From the NCBI RefSeq assembly GCF_006345805.1, contig NC_043005.1:32798001-32862000 (forward strand): a DNA stretch of 64,000 bases. The letters run 5' to 3'. The translations under genes and the position numbers were made by a program. The notes under the pieces are model-generated. The model was not told where the DNA came from. It saw only the letters and a program-made list of their open reading frames with translations, and made no database searches. Shown here one piece after another: positions 23,780 through 37,472 of this stretch; within the stretch, counting starts at the first letter, position 1; the number at the start of each line of letters is the position of its first letter. Source of the DNA: Octopus sinensis. Taxonomy: Eukaryota.

Positions 23780-24833
23780 TAGCTGCTTTGCGGCTACTTA
23801 GCCCTCATGTTCAGTATTGCAGCTGGCTGTGGAAAACAGACAGACCAAATCACATGACCTGCAGTTGACAGTGAACAGTGATCGAAACAGAAAGAGCAAG
23901 GATGAAAATTTTAAATTTGTTTCATTTTATTTTGTATGTTTGTTTGATCTAATGTTGGTTCTGAGGTTTCATTCCAAGACTTCCTTGTACACAACATTTT
24001 GAGTGAATGTCAAACTTGGCATGTTGAACCATTTGAATGATTCTTGATTTGCCCAAATTCTGATGTGTTTGTCCCTACACCTTGACAAAGCAACATAAAG
24101 CTGACCGTGAGAAAAGACACTTTTTGGAAGAATGATGTCACACTTGTCAAGAGATTTTCCCTGTAATTTGTTGATGGTCATTGCAAAGGTCAATCTTACA
24201 GGAAACTGCCGTCTCTTGAATCTCAAGTCTGTTGTGAGCAAAATGAAAAAAAAAAAAAATGAAAATTCGATGGAAAAAAAGATCAAAATTCGATAAAGAC
24301 AAAGAAGCGAACACTGGCTGTTGCACCATGGGTAATTACTGTTACGCTAGCCACACACCTTACCTGGTACCAGGTACGTGCTGTTAGTCGTGTGTGTTCG
24401 CACGAATAAGTCATACTTTATTTAATGGATGAATGGCTGTTAAACGCCGCTAAGCGAATCGAGATACTTACTGGTATGCAAAAAATGGTACACGAATTCC
24501 AACGAGCAAAACTAATAACACCTAAAAAGCAAACACTGGCTGTTTTACGATAATGGCTATTCTTATATGAATGGCTGTTAAACACCGCTACGCAAATCGA
24601 AATACTTAGACGTTGAGTCGTGAAAATACGCTAAATAGGTACTCGAATTCCAACGGACTGATAAAGTCCATCCAAAATATTTTTGATTGCAACTCATGAA
24701 TTTCAGTCAGTTATTCCGATTCGAATTGTTGCATCTCTTCCACCCAAATCGTGTATTTCGGTCCCCCATGCAGTTTCGGACTGTCGGTTGGATGGTTGGA
24801 TGTATGCATTTCCTATTATAGTAGTAAATATGA
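23779..24833 (-). mobile_element. Internally deleted Helitron retaining the PIF1-like helicase C-terminus
   Basis: ORF 23969-24286 contains FKRRQFPVRLTFAMTINKLQG, VFSHGQLYVALSR and NVVYKEVL. The minus-strand 5' end reads A|TCATATTTACTACTATAATAGG. The 3' end has a hairpin ggcta-ag-tagcc 9 nt before CTAA. Confidence 0.8.
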
Positions 24834-24969
24834 TGTTTGTTATTTAAAAAGAATTGTAAAAATGAAATCTTTGGTAATCTATTTGAATTAACATGTCAGA
24901 AATGTAAACCATTGAATTCCCTGTGTTACTACTTTGTGTCTCAATCAGATTTGTTGTATCCATTGCAAT

Positions 24970-26700
24970 CATTTAATTTAAGGTGGCATCGAATAAACAA
25001 TAATATCGGCACCATTCATCGTTTCAAAGCATTCTATTTTCACAGAGAGAAACACCTCTAAACATTGTTAGTAGCATCATATTACTCAGTTTTATTTTGG
25101 TAATTATTGAATAATCTTTCTACCACAGTATTTAGTGGAATCGGGTAATATTCAGAAATTCAAAGCAACATCTCTACAAGAATTTCCGCCAGTATCATCT
25201 TTATAATAAACATTTCTACTGAGCTATTCCACTAAATGAATACAGTTCTATTGGAATTCAACATTTGCTATTTTATTATCATTTAAATTCATTGACTCCA
25301 AAAGAGGACTAATTGCTTTCTTGATACGTCTCAAAATATTTTCTACAGAAAAACATTTTCTGGAATCATTGTTTGAATTATTTCCAAAATAAAATAAAAA
25401 ATTTAAGTTCCTCTCTTCAATATTTTTTCTTTCATCAGCTGTTATCTTCTTGAGCATCATCTTTATAGTTTTTCTCTCAAACCTGTTGTCGATGTTAGGG
25501 TTAGGTTTCCTAAATTCTTTAATATTAGAATTAGGATCAAGAGTATCTATGCCGCGTGTTGACAGTACGAAGATAGTTGCAATAGATTTGATCAAATGGA
25601 AAAGATTTCGGAACATGTGCCTTAAAACTAAATATAGAAAAAAAAAATCAAATATATTCTTATAATCACAAGGCATTTTATTTAGCATCTGTTGGGCAAT
25701 AAAAAACTTTTGTATTCATAATTTTAAACTTTGTAATTCAAGCCACTAATTCGAAATTCTATCTGCAGCAGCTTCAGTAGATAACTATCGAATCGTTGCA
25801 CATCCGTTTAACATCTTCAATGGTTCTTTATCAAAAACAACAACATACAACTAGTTTACAGATTTTGCGTCAGATTAAAGAATAGTGGTGCTGGTGGGGG
25901 AATCACTTACAAAGTTTCTGCACCCAAAATGTTTTAGTGAGTCTTTCGGCACAAATATGAAGTACTACCAATTGCAAATATAAAGAGACACATCTAAACA
26001 TAAGTAACAACGGAATTTCCTTTAATTCTCGACGCAAATATTATGAAGTCTTACTAATATCAGCTTTACTAACTATTTCTTTTCAAAACAACTACAATTC
26101 TGTTTGCATTATAATTCTCTAAAACTTCCAAATCGATGTATGTATACAGTTTCTTTGAAAATATTACTGAAATATAATCCAATCATTTCCAGAAGCTTCT
26201 TAACTGAGATACCATCGGATTCCTCTTATAGAAGACTAAACTTATCAGTTCCTCCATCAGAAATTAATTCCTTCTCAAAGGAAGAAACATATCCTTTAAA
26301 ATCTTGACACATTTGATTCAACGCAACTTCCCCTTGGAAACAGTTACGCTACAAAGTATTTTTGATACAAATCACGGGTGTTCAATAAAGAATGGCAACC
26401 AATATACATTGGAAATTTAGCTTCAAGAATTGTTTTGTATGGAAAATTGGTAACAGGAATTACTTTAAATGGAGCTGTTGTCTTATGTATGTTTCTTTGG
26501 TAACGGCTGGTGCCATACATAGAATACTTTCCATGATATCACATCTCCAAAATTTTGCAGTATGCTTTGGATGTATCGGCACGGATTTCATATAAACACT
26601 GTATGTTGGCGTAGCAAACCATTCCTTTCAGAATAATCTCTTTAGGTACATTGTCGTAAAATGGAAAAAAGCTGAAGCAAACTTTAGATGAATACCGTTT
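24970..26700 (-). mobile_element. hAT transposase fossil (Tip100/ZNF862-like), heavily degraded
   Basis: Minus-strand motifs across frameshifts: KFSLL*EES (DES motif), LLMFRCV, EPLKMLNGCAT..LS..A..RI...WLEL, VVERLF, KIKLSNMM. No TIRs identified. Confidence 0.75.
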
Positions 26701-27420
26701 TAAAAGAACACGTTAAAATTCACAAATTCAATTCCTTGACAATTATTAGTTGTACAAGACAATTTACTGAAAAATGGCATTAGATAACGAGAATAATTGA
26801 CAACTGGCAAACGACCTTTGGTGTTTTGAAAGTGTCTATAGGGACATTCCTATGTAAAATACTACAAAAGTCTTCATACTTTCATAGAGGAGTCATAAAA
26901 TGTTGCTGTCAGTTAGAATTAAGATGTGTGCGTGTGGGAGGTGTGGAATACACAACAACATTAACGATAATTTCAGGAATCAAGTCTAACATAGATATAG
27001 TATTGGCTCATGGACCAGTCTGAGCCAAGTTTCACGTAGAGTTGACTATTTTCTAGCAACCGTCTCTCCCTCAGACACACATTCACACACATGTACACAC
27101 TTACACACTCATATATACTAAGTTCGTTCACAGTGCTCGGGAGTAAGTCTAAAGGCAAAGTGATCGGACATGCCTGAGTAATTCCCATCCGAGGAGGAGG
27201 AGAGCTGCTGTGGATTCGCCATAGTTGAGTTCGGTACGTCAAGTCAATAAATCATTTAGGAAACTTCAGGTAGTCTTTATATCGGTTAGAAATAGTTGTC
27301 TAATCTTCAAATCACACTCTGCAATCTTAAAATCATGAAAGCACACAAAGACCAACGTAGTCCTTGGATATAGGAAAAGATAGGATACTCACTGATGCAG
27401 ACAATATCATAACCAGGAGC

Positions 27421-27590
<170 letters not shown>

Positions 27591-27923
27591 AAAAACAAAA
27601 AGCATATCAACAACAAACAACTGCAACCATTCCAACAACAAGGAACAATAAACAACAACAAACATCTACGAACAACCACTTTTTACAGTGGCGCTGCCAT
27701 TGTTCCTCATGCTCCAAGGTAGTTGGGCGGGGATCACGGAAGAGCTCTGTTTGCGTTGGATTACACACACACACACACTCATATACACACACTCTCATGC
27801 CGATATATGCACATAAACCGACACACATACACAGAAGGTAGAGTGAATGATACATTCTTAGCAGCTGGCATCACATTTTCTCTCTCAATTTCTGTCTCTC
27901 TTAGTTAATGTAAACATATCAAC

Positions 27924-27994
<71 letters not shown>

Positions 27995-28329
27995 GCATAC
28001 ACACGCACGCACACACATACACATATACACACATACACGCATGCACACACACACACACGCGCATGCCCTGTAGAAACTTTAGTACTTTAGTGAAACCTAG
28101 TCTTGTCTAAATACCATTTCCATTTAATTGGCAATTTACATAAATTGGAGGAACCAACAGAAGTTTACTTTCAATTATTTTTCTCATACTTTTTCTTCAT
28201 ATCCTCAGTCTTCTATCTGAATGGAGGGACGTAATTTTAGTATGTACGTATTATGTATATATATATGTATTTCAGTATGTATGTATGTATGTATGTATGT
28301 ATGTATGTATATATGTATGTATGTATGTG

Positions 28330-28530
28330 TGTATATAATAAAAAAAAACTAGGAAAACACAAGGAAAAAACAACAACGCCAGAACGTGGTACATGCAAAG
28401 TATTGAGCTGACGCTCAGGGTAGGAAAGAAAAGTAGTTTTACGTTTCGAGCAAAGCTCTTCATCAGAAACAGGAAAGGGAGGAAAGTCCAAGAGAAAAGG
28501 AAGGCGGAGAAAAAAAATCACCAACGATAT
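28330..28530 (-). mobile_element. Solo Penelope-type pseudo-LTR remnant
   Basis: Contains a minimal hammerhead motif followed by a T-rich 3' stretch; no ORF is adjacent. Confidence 0.55.
28436..28470 (-). ncRNA. Minimal type I hammerhead ribozyme
   Basis: Minus strand gttt-CTGATGA-A-GAGC-ttt-GCTC-GAAA-CG-TA-aaac: stem I gttt/aaac, stem II GAGC/GCTC, palindromic ACGT at stem III. Confidence 0.65.
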
Positions 28531-28934
28531 TACTCTTTTACTCTTTTACTTGTTTCAGTCATTTGACTGCGGCCATGCTGGAGCACCGCCTTTAGTCGAG
28601 CAAATCGACCCCGGGACTTATTCTTTTTGTAAGCCCAGTACTTATTCTATCGGTTTCTTTTTGCCGAACCGCTATGTGACGGGGACGTAAACGCACCAGC
28701 ATCGGCTGTCAAGCAATGCTAGGGGGACAAACACAGACACACAAACACTCACACATACATATATATATATACATATATACGACAGGCTTCTTTCAGTTTC
28801 CGTCTACCAAATCCACTCACAAGACATTGGTCGGCCCGGGGCTATAGCAGAAGACACTTGCCCAAGATGCCACGCAGTGGGACTGAACCCGGAACCATGT
28901 GGTTGGTTAGCAAGCTACTTACCACACAGCCACT
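28531..28934 (-). mobile_element. SINE family A, full length
   Basis: (tactcttt) tail through the head; near-identical to 54671-55086. Confidence 0.9.
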
Positions 28935-28949
28935 ATACACATACATACA

Positions 28950-29008
<59 letters not shown>

Positions 29009-29010
29009 AC

Positions 29011-29305
29011 TGGCACTCCGTCGGTTACGATGATGAGGCTTCCAGTCGATCCAATCAACGGAACAGCATGCATGTGGGATTAACGTGCAAGTGGCTGAGT
29101 ACTCTACAGACACGTGTATCTCAGGGAGATACAACGTGACACAATGTGACAAGGCTGGTCCTTTGAATCACGAGTACAACTGAGTGGACTGGAACAACGT
29201 GAAATAAAGTTTCTTCCTAAAGGACACGACGCGCCGCCGGATATCGAACTCACTACCTTACGATTGCAAGCCATATATCTTAACCACTTAGCCACGCAAC
29301 TTCAC
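29011..29305 (-). mobile_element. SINE family C
   Basis: The reverse complement shares head and tail with 1900-2214. Confidence 0.8.
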
Positions 29306-29868
29306 AGTACTACTACTACTACTACTAATACTAGTTGTAGTAGCAGTATTGTTCAGTCGCCTGAAATCAGTTTAACGTTACCGTAATTATCACAGTTACT
29401 ATGGTTACAAAAACTATCAGTTTGTTTCTTCCCCACTTCATCTGACTGTGTAGCCCACCTCCAAACACACATGCCGTACGACATGACTCCGGCACCCTCT
29501 TCACCCCTTACCTCTCACGCCTCCCCTAATAATCAGGTAAAGCATACGACAAATCTAGTTGCTTGCTGCTTGTTAGAGCGAATTTTCAGGCCAGATTGAT
29601 GTGGCAGTTAAGAAGTTTTACTGAGATGAAGTCGGGAGATCAGTCTCGCGAGATTAATTAGACTCGCAACAGAGCAGAAAGACGAACATTATTTCGATGT
29701 AATTCTACTCTTTACTCAACAACTTTTTCAACTGTTTATATAAGTTGTTAAACGCTGAACAGTTGAAATGCTGTCGCCTGCTTAATGTTTCGGGATATAA
29801 ATCGATATAGCAGAGTTTTACCAATAATAATAATGGTGATGGTGATGATGACGACGACGACGATTATG

Positions 29869-29900
<32 letters not shown>

Positions 29901-29924
29901 GATGATGATAAATGCCCTGATAAA

Positions 29925-30417
29925 TGCCCAGGCAGTGGCTTTCATGGCTTTTTATCTTAACTGATTGGAAGTGTTATCTTGTACATTTGTTTTGTCTACA
30001 GCAAATATTCTGCTCAATACCACATATTTGCTTGTCACTTGTTTGATCCTAGTTGTGCATCTCTGATCATGAGGGGAAGCAGTGGGGGAGCATCATAGCC
30101 TTGTGTTGAGAGGAATTCTTTGGGGTTTGGATAATTCACCTCTGGAAACATGGGTGTTTCATTCAACATCCTTAAAGAAGTCTTATTCAAGGACCATTTG
30201 AGCGGGGTGGACTACTTGGCCCTAAGAAAATTCTAACTGCGCCCCACCTGCAATGTCATGTGCTGTTAATCTTGATATGAGATCACCATGTTGCGCTATA
30301 TGGTTGTGATGCATGTGCCTGATGTACCCTTATCAGACGAGTAGTCATGATGGGTATATTGGGCTGCGTATATTTTACCCCAGTGTCACTTTGATGGCAT
30401 CCACTGCTCTTTCACTC

Positions 30418-30418
<1 letters not shown>
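29925..30418 (+). mobile_element. Unclassified ~500-bp non-coding repeat with (AAT)n tail (probable LINE 3' UTR or SINE)
   Basis: Non-coding block bounded by (GAT)n on the left and ending ctttcactc-(AAT)n. Recalled as a common octopus repeat but single-copy in this window. Confidence 0.4.
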
Positions 30419-30492
<74 letters not shown>

Positions 30493-30515
30493 TATAATGA
30501 TGATGATGATAATAA

Positions 30516-32014
30516 CACGTTGATCCTCTAAACACTAGCCACGAGCAATGTAGCACCAATAATCATAAAATATATAAGGCACTCTATGAATAAATGGCAG
30601 CCAGTGCTACAGCTCCAAACAAAAGAGGAACTCGTAAAAATCAAAGCCATCCCCATTATAAGAGGAATATTCTAGGGAGACACGAGTAAGATCAATACTG
30701 AAAACAGAGCTCAATGCTAAAAATAAGATAATAGGTATCAACACTCTAGCCATCCCAGTTATAAGTTACAGCTACAATATCCTTAACTGGACACTAAATA
30801 AACTAACGAAAATAGACAGGAAAACAATAAAAATAATGACAGGATCAAGGATGTACCACCCAAAATCTGACATAGAAAGGTTATTTATACAACGTATAGA
30901 AGGTGGTAGAGGCCTTATACAGCTGGAAAACTATTACAAAATAACCACCATAGGACTGCAAAAATGCCTGCTTCAGAAGCAAGGAAAACTATTACAAATA
31001 GCCACGAAACACGAGCAAAAAACTGTTTTCAGTCTTTAAGGAAGCTGACAAATACAAACAAAAAGTCATACTACCTAACAACTATGAAGAAAAAGAAGAA
31101 GCAACAAAAGCTGTAAAACAAATGAAATCCAAACCACAACTAGAACAGCAACGGGTCATGATAAAACAATGGCAAAAAAAGCCCCTTCATGGCAAATACC
31201 GGATTAAACTAAACGCAAAAGAAATAGACAAAGCAAAATCCCAACAATGGCTGAGAAGCTCAGGACTCAAAGCAGAGAATGAAAGATTTTTAATTGTAGC
31301 GCAAGACCAAAGCCCTCCCACCAGAAATTACCAAAAACATTATGAAAAGAAACATAACAAATAACTGCAGAATATGTGGAGATGGACAAGAAACAATAAA
31401 TCGAATTGTCTCTAGCTGCCCAATCCTGGCTAAGGAGGAATATATTCACAAACACGACAGAGTTGGGACCTACATACATTGGAAACTATGCCAACACTAT
31501 GGAATAACATCAGAAAAAAAATAGTATAAGCACACGCCAGAAAAGGTCACAGAAAATGAGAAAGCAACAATATGATGGAATATGCAAATACACACAAAGA
31601 AATTAAGGTCAATAGGCCAGATATAGTTGTCAGAGATCATGAAGAAAAGATGCTTTCTAATTGATGTATCAATATCAACAGATGACAACGTTTCTCTAAA
31701 AGAAATGGAGAAACTTTCAAAATACAAAGACTTGGAAATAGAGGTAACTCGAATGTGGAGTCTAAAAACAGAAAGAATTCCTATCACAGTGGCCGCATTA
31801 GGTATGATAAAAAAAACATTCTGACAAATACATAACAAAAGCACCAAGACTAAGAAATATATGCAACATACAGAAAATAGCACTACTAGGCACCACACAC
31901 ATCCTACGTAAAACACTTTCAATACAGTAACTATAAGAGTATCACAACAAACTACAGCACATATTCAAGGTACACAGAGTGCAGTGAAAGCACGTTATAA
32001 AAATAACACTACTG
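30516..32014 (+). mobile_element. R4/Dong-like LINE, 5'-truncated, with RT core deleted; flanked by AAT-rich repeats
   Basis: IRGIF*GD jumps directly to the post-RT region (ELNAKNKIIGINTLAIP, MYHPKSDIERL), then CRICGDGQETINRIVSSC, HDRVGTYIHWKLC, RPDIVV and YKDLEIEV. (AAT)n at 30419-30515; aatgatgatga at 32024-32034. Confidence 0.9.
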
Positions 32015-32034
32015 AATACTGAGAATGATGATGA

Positions 32035-32238
32035 TTTAAAATTTTGGCACAAGGCCAACAATTCCGGGTGTAGAGGAGAAGTCGATTACATCGATTCCAG
32101 CCTTTAACTGGTCCTTATTTTATCGATCTAGAAAGGAAGAAAGGCAAAGTCGACCTCAGCGGAGTTTGAACTCAGAACGTTAAGACGGACAAAATACCGT
32201 TTAGCATTTTCCCCGGCGTGCTAACGGTTCTGCCAGTT
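32035..32238 (-). mobile_element. SINE family B
   Basis: tttaaaattttggcacaaggcc ... ggcaaagtcgacctcagcggagtttgaactcagaacg ... ctaacggttctgccag. Confidence 0.85.
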
Positions 32239-32239
32239 C

Positions 32240-32304
<65 letters not shown>

Positions 32305-32306
32305 TA

Positions 32307-33014
32307 ATAAACCACCTAATCTCTGGATGTAAAGTCTTAGCTCCAGTGGAGTATAAATCAAGACATGACAGAGTTGGCCAATATCTACACTGGCTAATAA
32401 GTCGGCATTACAATATCAAAACTGCCGACAAGTGGTATAATCACCACCCTGAAGCTGTAACTGAAGGAGAAAATATAACGATTCTGTGGGACTCTCCAGT
32501 ACATACAAACCGAACCATCAAAGCCAATAAACCGGATATTGTTGTGAAAGACCAAAACAATAAAGTTTGCTTATTGATCGATATGAGCATCCCCTGTGAT
32601 CATAATATCTCGGCAAAAGAATTTGACAAGCTCAGAAAATATAAAGACTTGCTCATTGAAATTGAGAAAATGTGGCATCTCAAGGCGGTTACAATACCAG
32701 TGATCGTAGGAGCACTAGGAATGATCAAGAAGGGAACCGAAAATTATATGAGAATGATCCCTGGCTTACCATCCCTGCAAGAAGTGCAAAAGATTGTCTT
32801 AACTGGTACATCACACGTATTGAGAAGAGCATTGTCGATGTGAGAACTATAACTACCCATGTATTTTAATTTAACTTTATTTCTATAAAAAAAAAAATGA
32901 ACTAACTATTGAGTTTAGTTTAGTGGCCTACCAATGTATACTATGAGTTTCTTTGCCCTAGGAGTCGGGAAGACACTCGGCAAGAAATGGAAGCAAATTT
33001 GAAAGACGAAGAAA

Positions 33015-33015
<1 letters not shown>
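32307..33015 (+). mobile_element. R4/Dong-like LINE 3' fragment with an uninterrupted RLE frame, (AAT)n on both sides
   Basis: ORF 32301-32843: NHLISGCKVLAPVEYKSRHDRVG...NKPDIVVKD...LLIDMSIP...KYKDL...GTSHVLRRALSM. (AAT)n at 32240-32308 and 33016-33200. Confidence 0.9.
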
Positions 33016-33088
<73 letters not shown>

Positions 33089-33092
33089 TAAC

Positions 33093-33124
<32 letters not shown>

Positions 33125-33150
33125 TAATAATAATAATGATTATGATAATG

Positions 33151-33230
<80 letters not shown>

Positions 33231-33231
<1 letters not shown>

Positions 33232-35020
33232 ACCTTAAGTTTGACAAGACTATCAAATCAATAAAATCCGAAAATTAAAATAAAGATATAATAGGAAAAC
33301 CATACTTGACATCGATACCACCATAGAAACCATCAAGTAAAAGGTATGTGCTAAAGCTGCCTACATAGCAAGGTATGAAAAGCGCGGTAGATCTTTCAAG
33401 GACAACAACATTTTAAAAAATAACCCAAAAGTTTTTTACAGGAAGTTAGGGAAAATACCAGTTACAGTAAAGTCTGTTCCACCAAAAGAAGTGCTGGAAT
33501 TTTGGAATAAAATTTGAGCAGAAGAAAAAACACAATGGAAGGGCCCTTTGGATTGATAGAATATCTACAGACTTAGACTCCTTAGAAGAGCAAAAGTGGG
33601 TGGGAGTGGTTATCAAGGTAGAGGATGTAAGATCTGCTTTCAGGAGATCAAGCAAATAGAAGTCTCCAGGAAAGGATAAAATTCCTAACTTCTGGTTGAA
33701 TGCTTTCCCAGAGAGTCATAAACTGCTAACAAAAAACTTTACAACGATGTTTTGCAACATCCTAGTTTGATGTCCTCTTGGCTAGTTAATGGTTTAACAT
33801 TCCTACTTCCAAAAAATGAAGAAACAAATGAACCAAAAAATTATAGACTCATAACCTGCTTAACAACAATGTATAAAATGCTGACATCTGTCTTGACTGA
33901 ATATACCAATAGTTTTTTTTAACAGAAAGTGGCACCTTCCTTAATGAGCAAAAAGGATGTAAACGTGGATCCAATTTTGTAAAGATCAGCTACTCATCAA
34001 TAAGATGATCATGGAAGATTGTCACAAACGACACAAAAACTTGTTGAAAGCCTGGATAGACTATAAAAACACTTTTGATAGTCTGCCACATAGCTGGATT
34101 AAGAAATGTCTGGAAATGTATAAAATAGCACTTATTCTGCGAAACTTCTTGTCTGTAAGTATGAGATCATGGAGAACCACACCGACTTTGAACAGTGACA
34201 ATGAATCTAGAGATGTAAGAATTTCATATGGCATCTTAAAGAGTGACTCTCTATCACTACTGCTCTTTTGTCTAGCCTTAATACCCTTCTCGAAATTGCT
34301 CAGTGATGTACAATACTGTTATAAAATGTTTGATAAAAATATAAATAATCTGATTTACATGGATTATTTCAAGCTCTTTGCAAAAAATCACCAACAACTA
34401 TAGGGCTTACTAGCCACTGTTAAACAATTCAGTGATGACATCAGGATACAATTTGGCCTCGATAAATCTACAAAAACTACTTTTATCAAAGAAAAAAATT
34501 ACAGAAAGATCCAATGTTAATCTTGACCAGCACTATGCCATAAAGGAATTAGAACCTATCGAGAGCTATAAATACCTAGGGGTATTTGAAATGGGACGGA
34601 ATCAAACATTCAATGATGAGGAAAATTATCAGAAGAGAATGTTATCGCAGAGTAAGGGAAATGCTCAAGACAGAGCTGTATGCAAGAAACAGGATCGAAG
34701 TGATCAATACTTTAGCCATACCAGTCATGACTTACAGTTTCAATATTAACTGGTCAATTACTGAAACATAATCTTGATAGAAAAATCCGAAAACTGTTGA
34801 GAATGCATAGAATGCACCACCCTAAGGCAGATAGAGAACGATTTTACCAGCCAAGAAAAGAGGGTGGCCGTATACTTTTACAACTGGAATTAACAATGAA
34901 GATTGCTTCAATTGGCCTAAACACCTACCTGAAAAGCTCTGACGACTGGATGTTAAAACTTGTCTCAAAGCAGAAAATAAGAAAGCATCATACTCAGTAA
35001 CAAAACAGGCAAAGGCAGAG
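33231..35020 (+). mobile_element. R4/Dong-like LINE, RT region, 3'-truncated
   Basis: KSPGKDKIPNFWL, PKNYRLITCL.TMYK, KDQLLINKMIMEDC, AWIDYKNTFDSLPHSW, DSLSLLLFCLALIP, YMDYFKLFAK, HHPKADRER. Many stops and frameshifts. Confidence 0.9.
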
Positions 35021-35082
35021 AAAATATAAAACATATATAAAAAATATATAAAGGTAGTTAATGTTGTCTGTTATAAATACAT

Positions 35083-35258
35083 AGGCGTAGGAGTGGCTGT
35101 GTGGTAAGTAGCTTGCCTACGAACCATATGGTTCTGGGTTCAGTCCCACTCCATGGCACTTTGGGCAAGTGTCTTCTACTATAGCCTCGGGCCGACCAAA
35201 GCCTCGTGAGTGGATTTGGTTGATGGAAATTGAAGGAAGCCCGTCGTGTATATATATA
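35083..35258 (+). mobile_element. SINE family A, 5' half
   Basis: aggcgtaggagtggctgtgtggtaagtagc ... gggttcagtccc ... ggaaattgaaggaagccc. Confidence 0.9.
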
Positions 35259-35723
35259 GTCCATTTAGGTAAATTCGCTGACACAAATTACAGTTGAGGT
35301 ACACAATTGAAACAGCACTAAATCAAAATATGCATTACTATGGACTATTTTATCGATCAATCAGTGGCTTAGCGTCACTGATGGATCGATAAAATAGCAA
35401 ACAGATTCTATTAAAATCCACTGATGGTGGGTTGTCCGAAATAGGAGCTTCTAGATTCCCGCTCCTTCCCTCGTCGCTCGTAGTCGACCTATAAAACACA
35501 CACACACAGAGGAGCTAGTGAATATGTGACGGATACCTACTCTCTTAAATAAAAAAATAATACCTCATAATCTCTGTGTAATTGCAGTGGAACCCCACAA
35601 CGATCAGATCCTTAAGGTAGTCTTGTTTCATTTCGCAAAAATTTTCTTGGACACCTTTCACACACAAAAACAACAATCAAATACACACACATACACACAC
35701 ACACACACACACATACACAACAC

Positions 35724-35815
<92 letters not shown>

Positions 35816-36108
35816 AAACATGTACATTTCTCTGTCGCTATTGTTTATACAGATACATACATATATACATACATACACGTACATAGATACATATATGTAT
35901 GTACATACATGCATATACATAGTGCATTTATATATATATATACATACATATATAAATATATACATACATATTTAAATGCATACATACATATGCATGTATA
36001 TACATACAGATATACATATACATATATACCTATATATATACATGCATACATATATACATATATATATATATATTATATATATATATACATATATACATAC
36101 ATATATTA

Positions 36109-36139
<31 letters not shown>

Positions 36140-36146
36140 CTATATA

Positions 36147-36188
<42 letters not shown>

Positions 36189-36240
36189 GTAATACATACA
36201 TACCTACATACATGCATACATACGTACATACATACATAGA

Positions 36241-36983
36241 TAGGACACTATAAGGAAATCCGTCGGAAGGATAATCCCGAGGATAAAGAAATAAGAACTC
36301 ATAATATGGTAGAAGCCACTCATAGTAAAAAGGAATACTGGCGGATGTACCAGTGAAGACCTTCAATAAAATGTAAGCACATCAGACTTGTTATAATGAT
36401 TTGGGATAGAGAAGAGAAACGGTGCACAGTTGTGGAAATTAGCTGCCCAGTGGATGTTAACATAAAGCTGAAGATCAGTGAAAAAGAGAATACCTAAGCG
36501 GAACTATTGAGAAATCTGCAGTTGCTCTTTCCAGATTACAAGTTCAAATTTATAGCTATAATTATGTAACACACTGCCTAAATAGCAATCTTGAGAAATT
36601 AAGCTTCTCAAAACCAGAAAGGAGAAAGCTAATTCGAAGACTGCAGATCCAATCCATCACTGGAACTGTAAAAATCTGTAAAACTTTCCAGAAGTTTAAC
36701 ATTTAAATATATATGGGCATGTCTACATACGCAATTATATGCATGACAATGCATACATAAAACATACAAATCTGCAACTACATATCTACATACATACATA
36801 CATACATACATACATACATACATACATACATACATACATACATACATACATACATACATACATACATACATACATGCAAACAAACAAAAGATCATGTTGT
36901 TGATGTTGAAATTTCCATGAAGGTGCCTTGAATCCAGGTTCTTTCTCTATTGGCAAGAAATCTTGAAATAAACTGAATAATGA
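36241..36983 (+). mobile_element. R4-like LINE, (CATA)n-flanked family, copy 1 (RLE + 3' UTR with internal (CATA)n)
   Basis: EIRRKDNPEDKEIR, IWDREEKRCTVVEISCP.DVNIKLKISEKEN, LQIQSITGTVKICKTFQKF. 5' flank catacatacataga; 3' junction aataatga|catacatac; internal (CATA)n at 36788-36875. Confidence 0.9.
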
Positions 36984-36992
36984 CATACATAC

Positions 36993-37273
36993 AATACACT
37001 TCCTAAATACCAATCTTAAGAAATTAGGCTTCTCAAAACCAGAAAGGAACTGTAAAAATCTGTAAAACTTTCCAGAAGTTTATCATTTGAATATATACGA
37101 GCATGTTTAGATATGCAACTATATGCATGAGAATACATACATAAAACAAAACATACAAATCTGCATATATACACACATACACACAAACAAAAATACCCCG
37201 TTGTTGATATTGAAATTCCTATGAAGGAGCCTTGGATCTAGGTTAGAAATCTTGAAGTAAAACTGAACAATAA
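36993..37273 (+). mobile_element. R4-like LINE, (CATA)n-flanked family, copy 2 (short 3' fragment)
   Basis: Homologous to the 3' end of copy 1. It starts right after that copy's catacatac flank and ends aacaataa|catacatac. Confidence 0.85.
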
Positions 37274-37432
37274 CATACATACTGGTAAGAATCAATTGAA
37301 ATAAAACTGAATGACACACATATATACTTACGTATGTATGTGTGTGTGTGTGTGTGTATGTATATGTATGTATGTATACATACACACACATACCTGTCAT
37401 TGTACATTTTTATGCATACACTCATACACTTG

Positions 37433-37472
<40 letters not shown>

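Noticed and set aside
29644-29653. TCTCGCGAGA palindrome, a known promoter motif
   Set aside because: Single motif without supporting CpG-rich context or other promoter elements.
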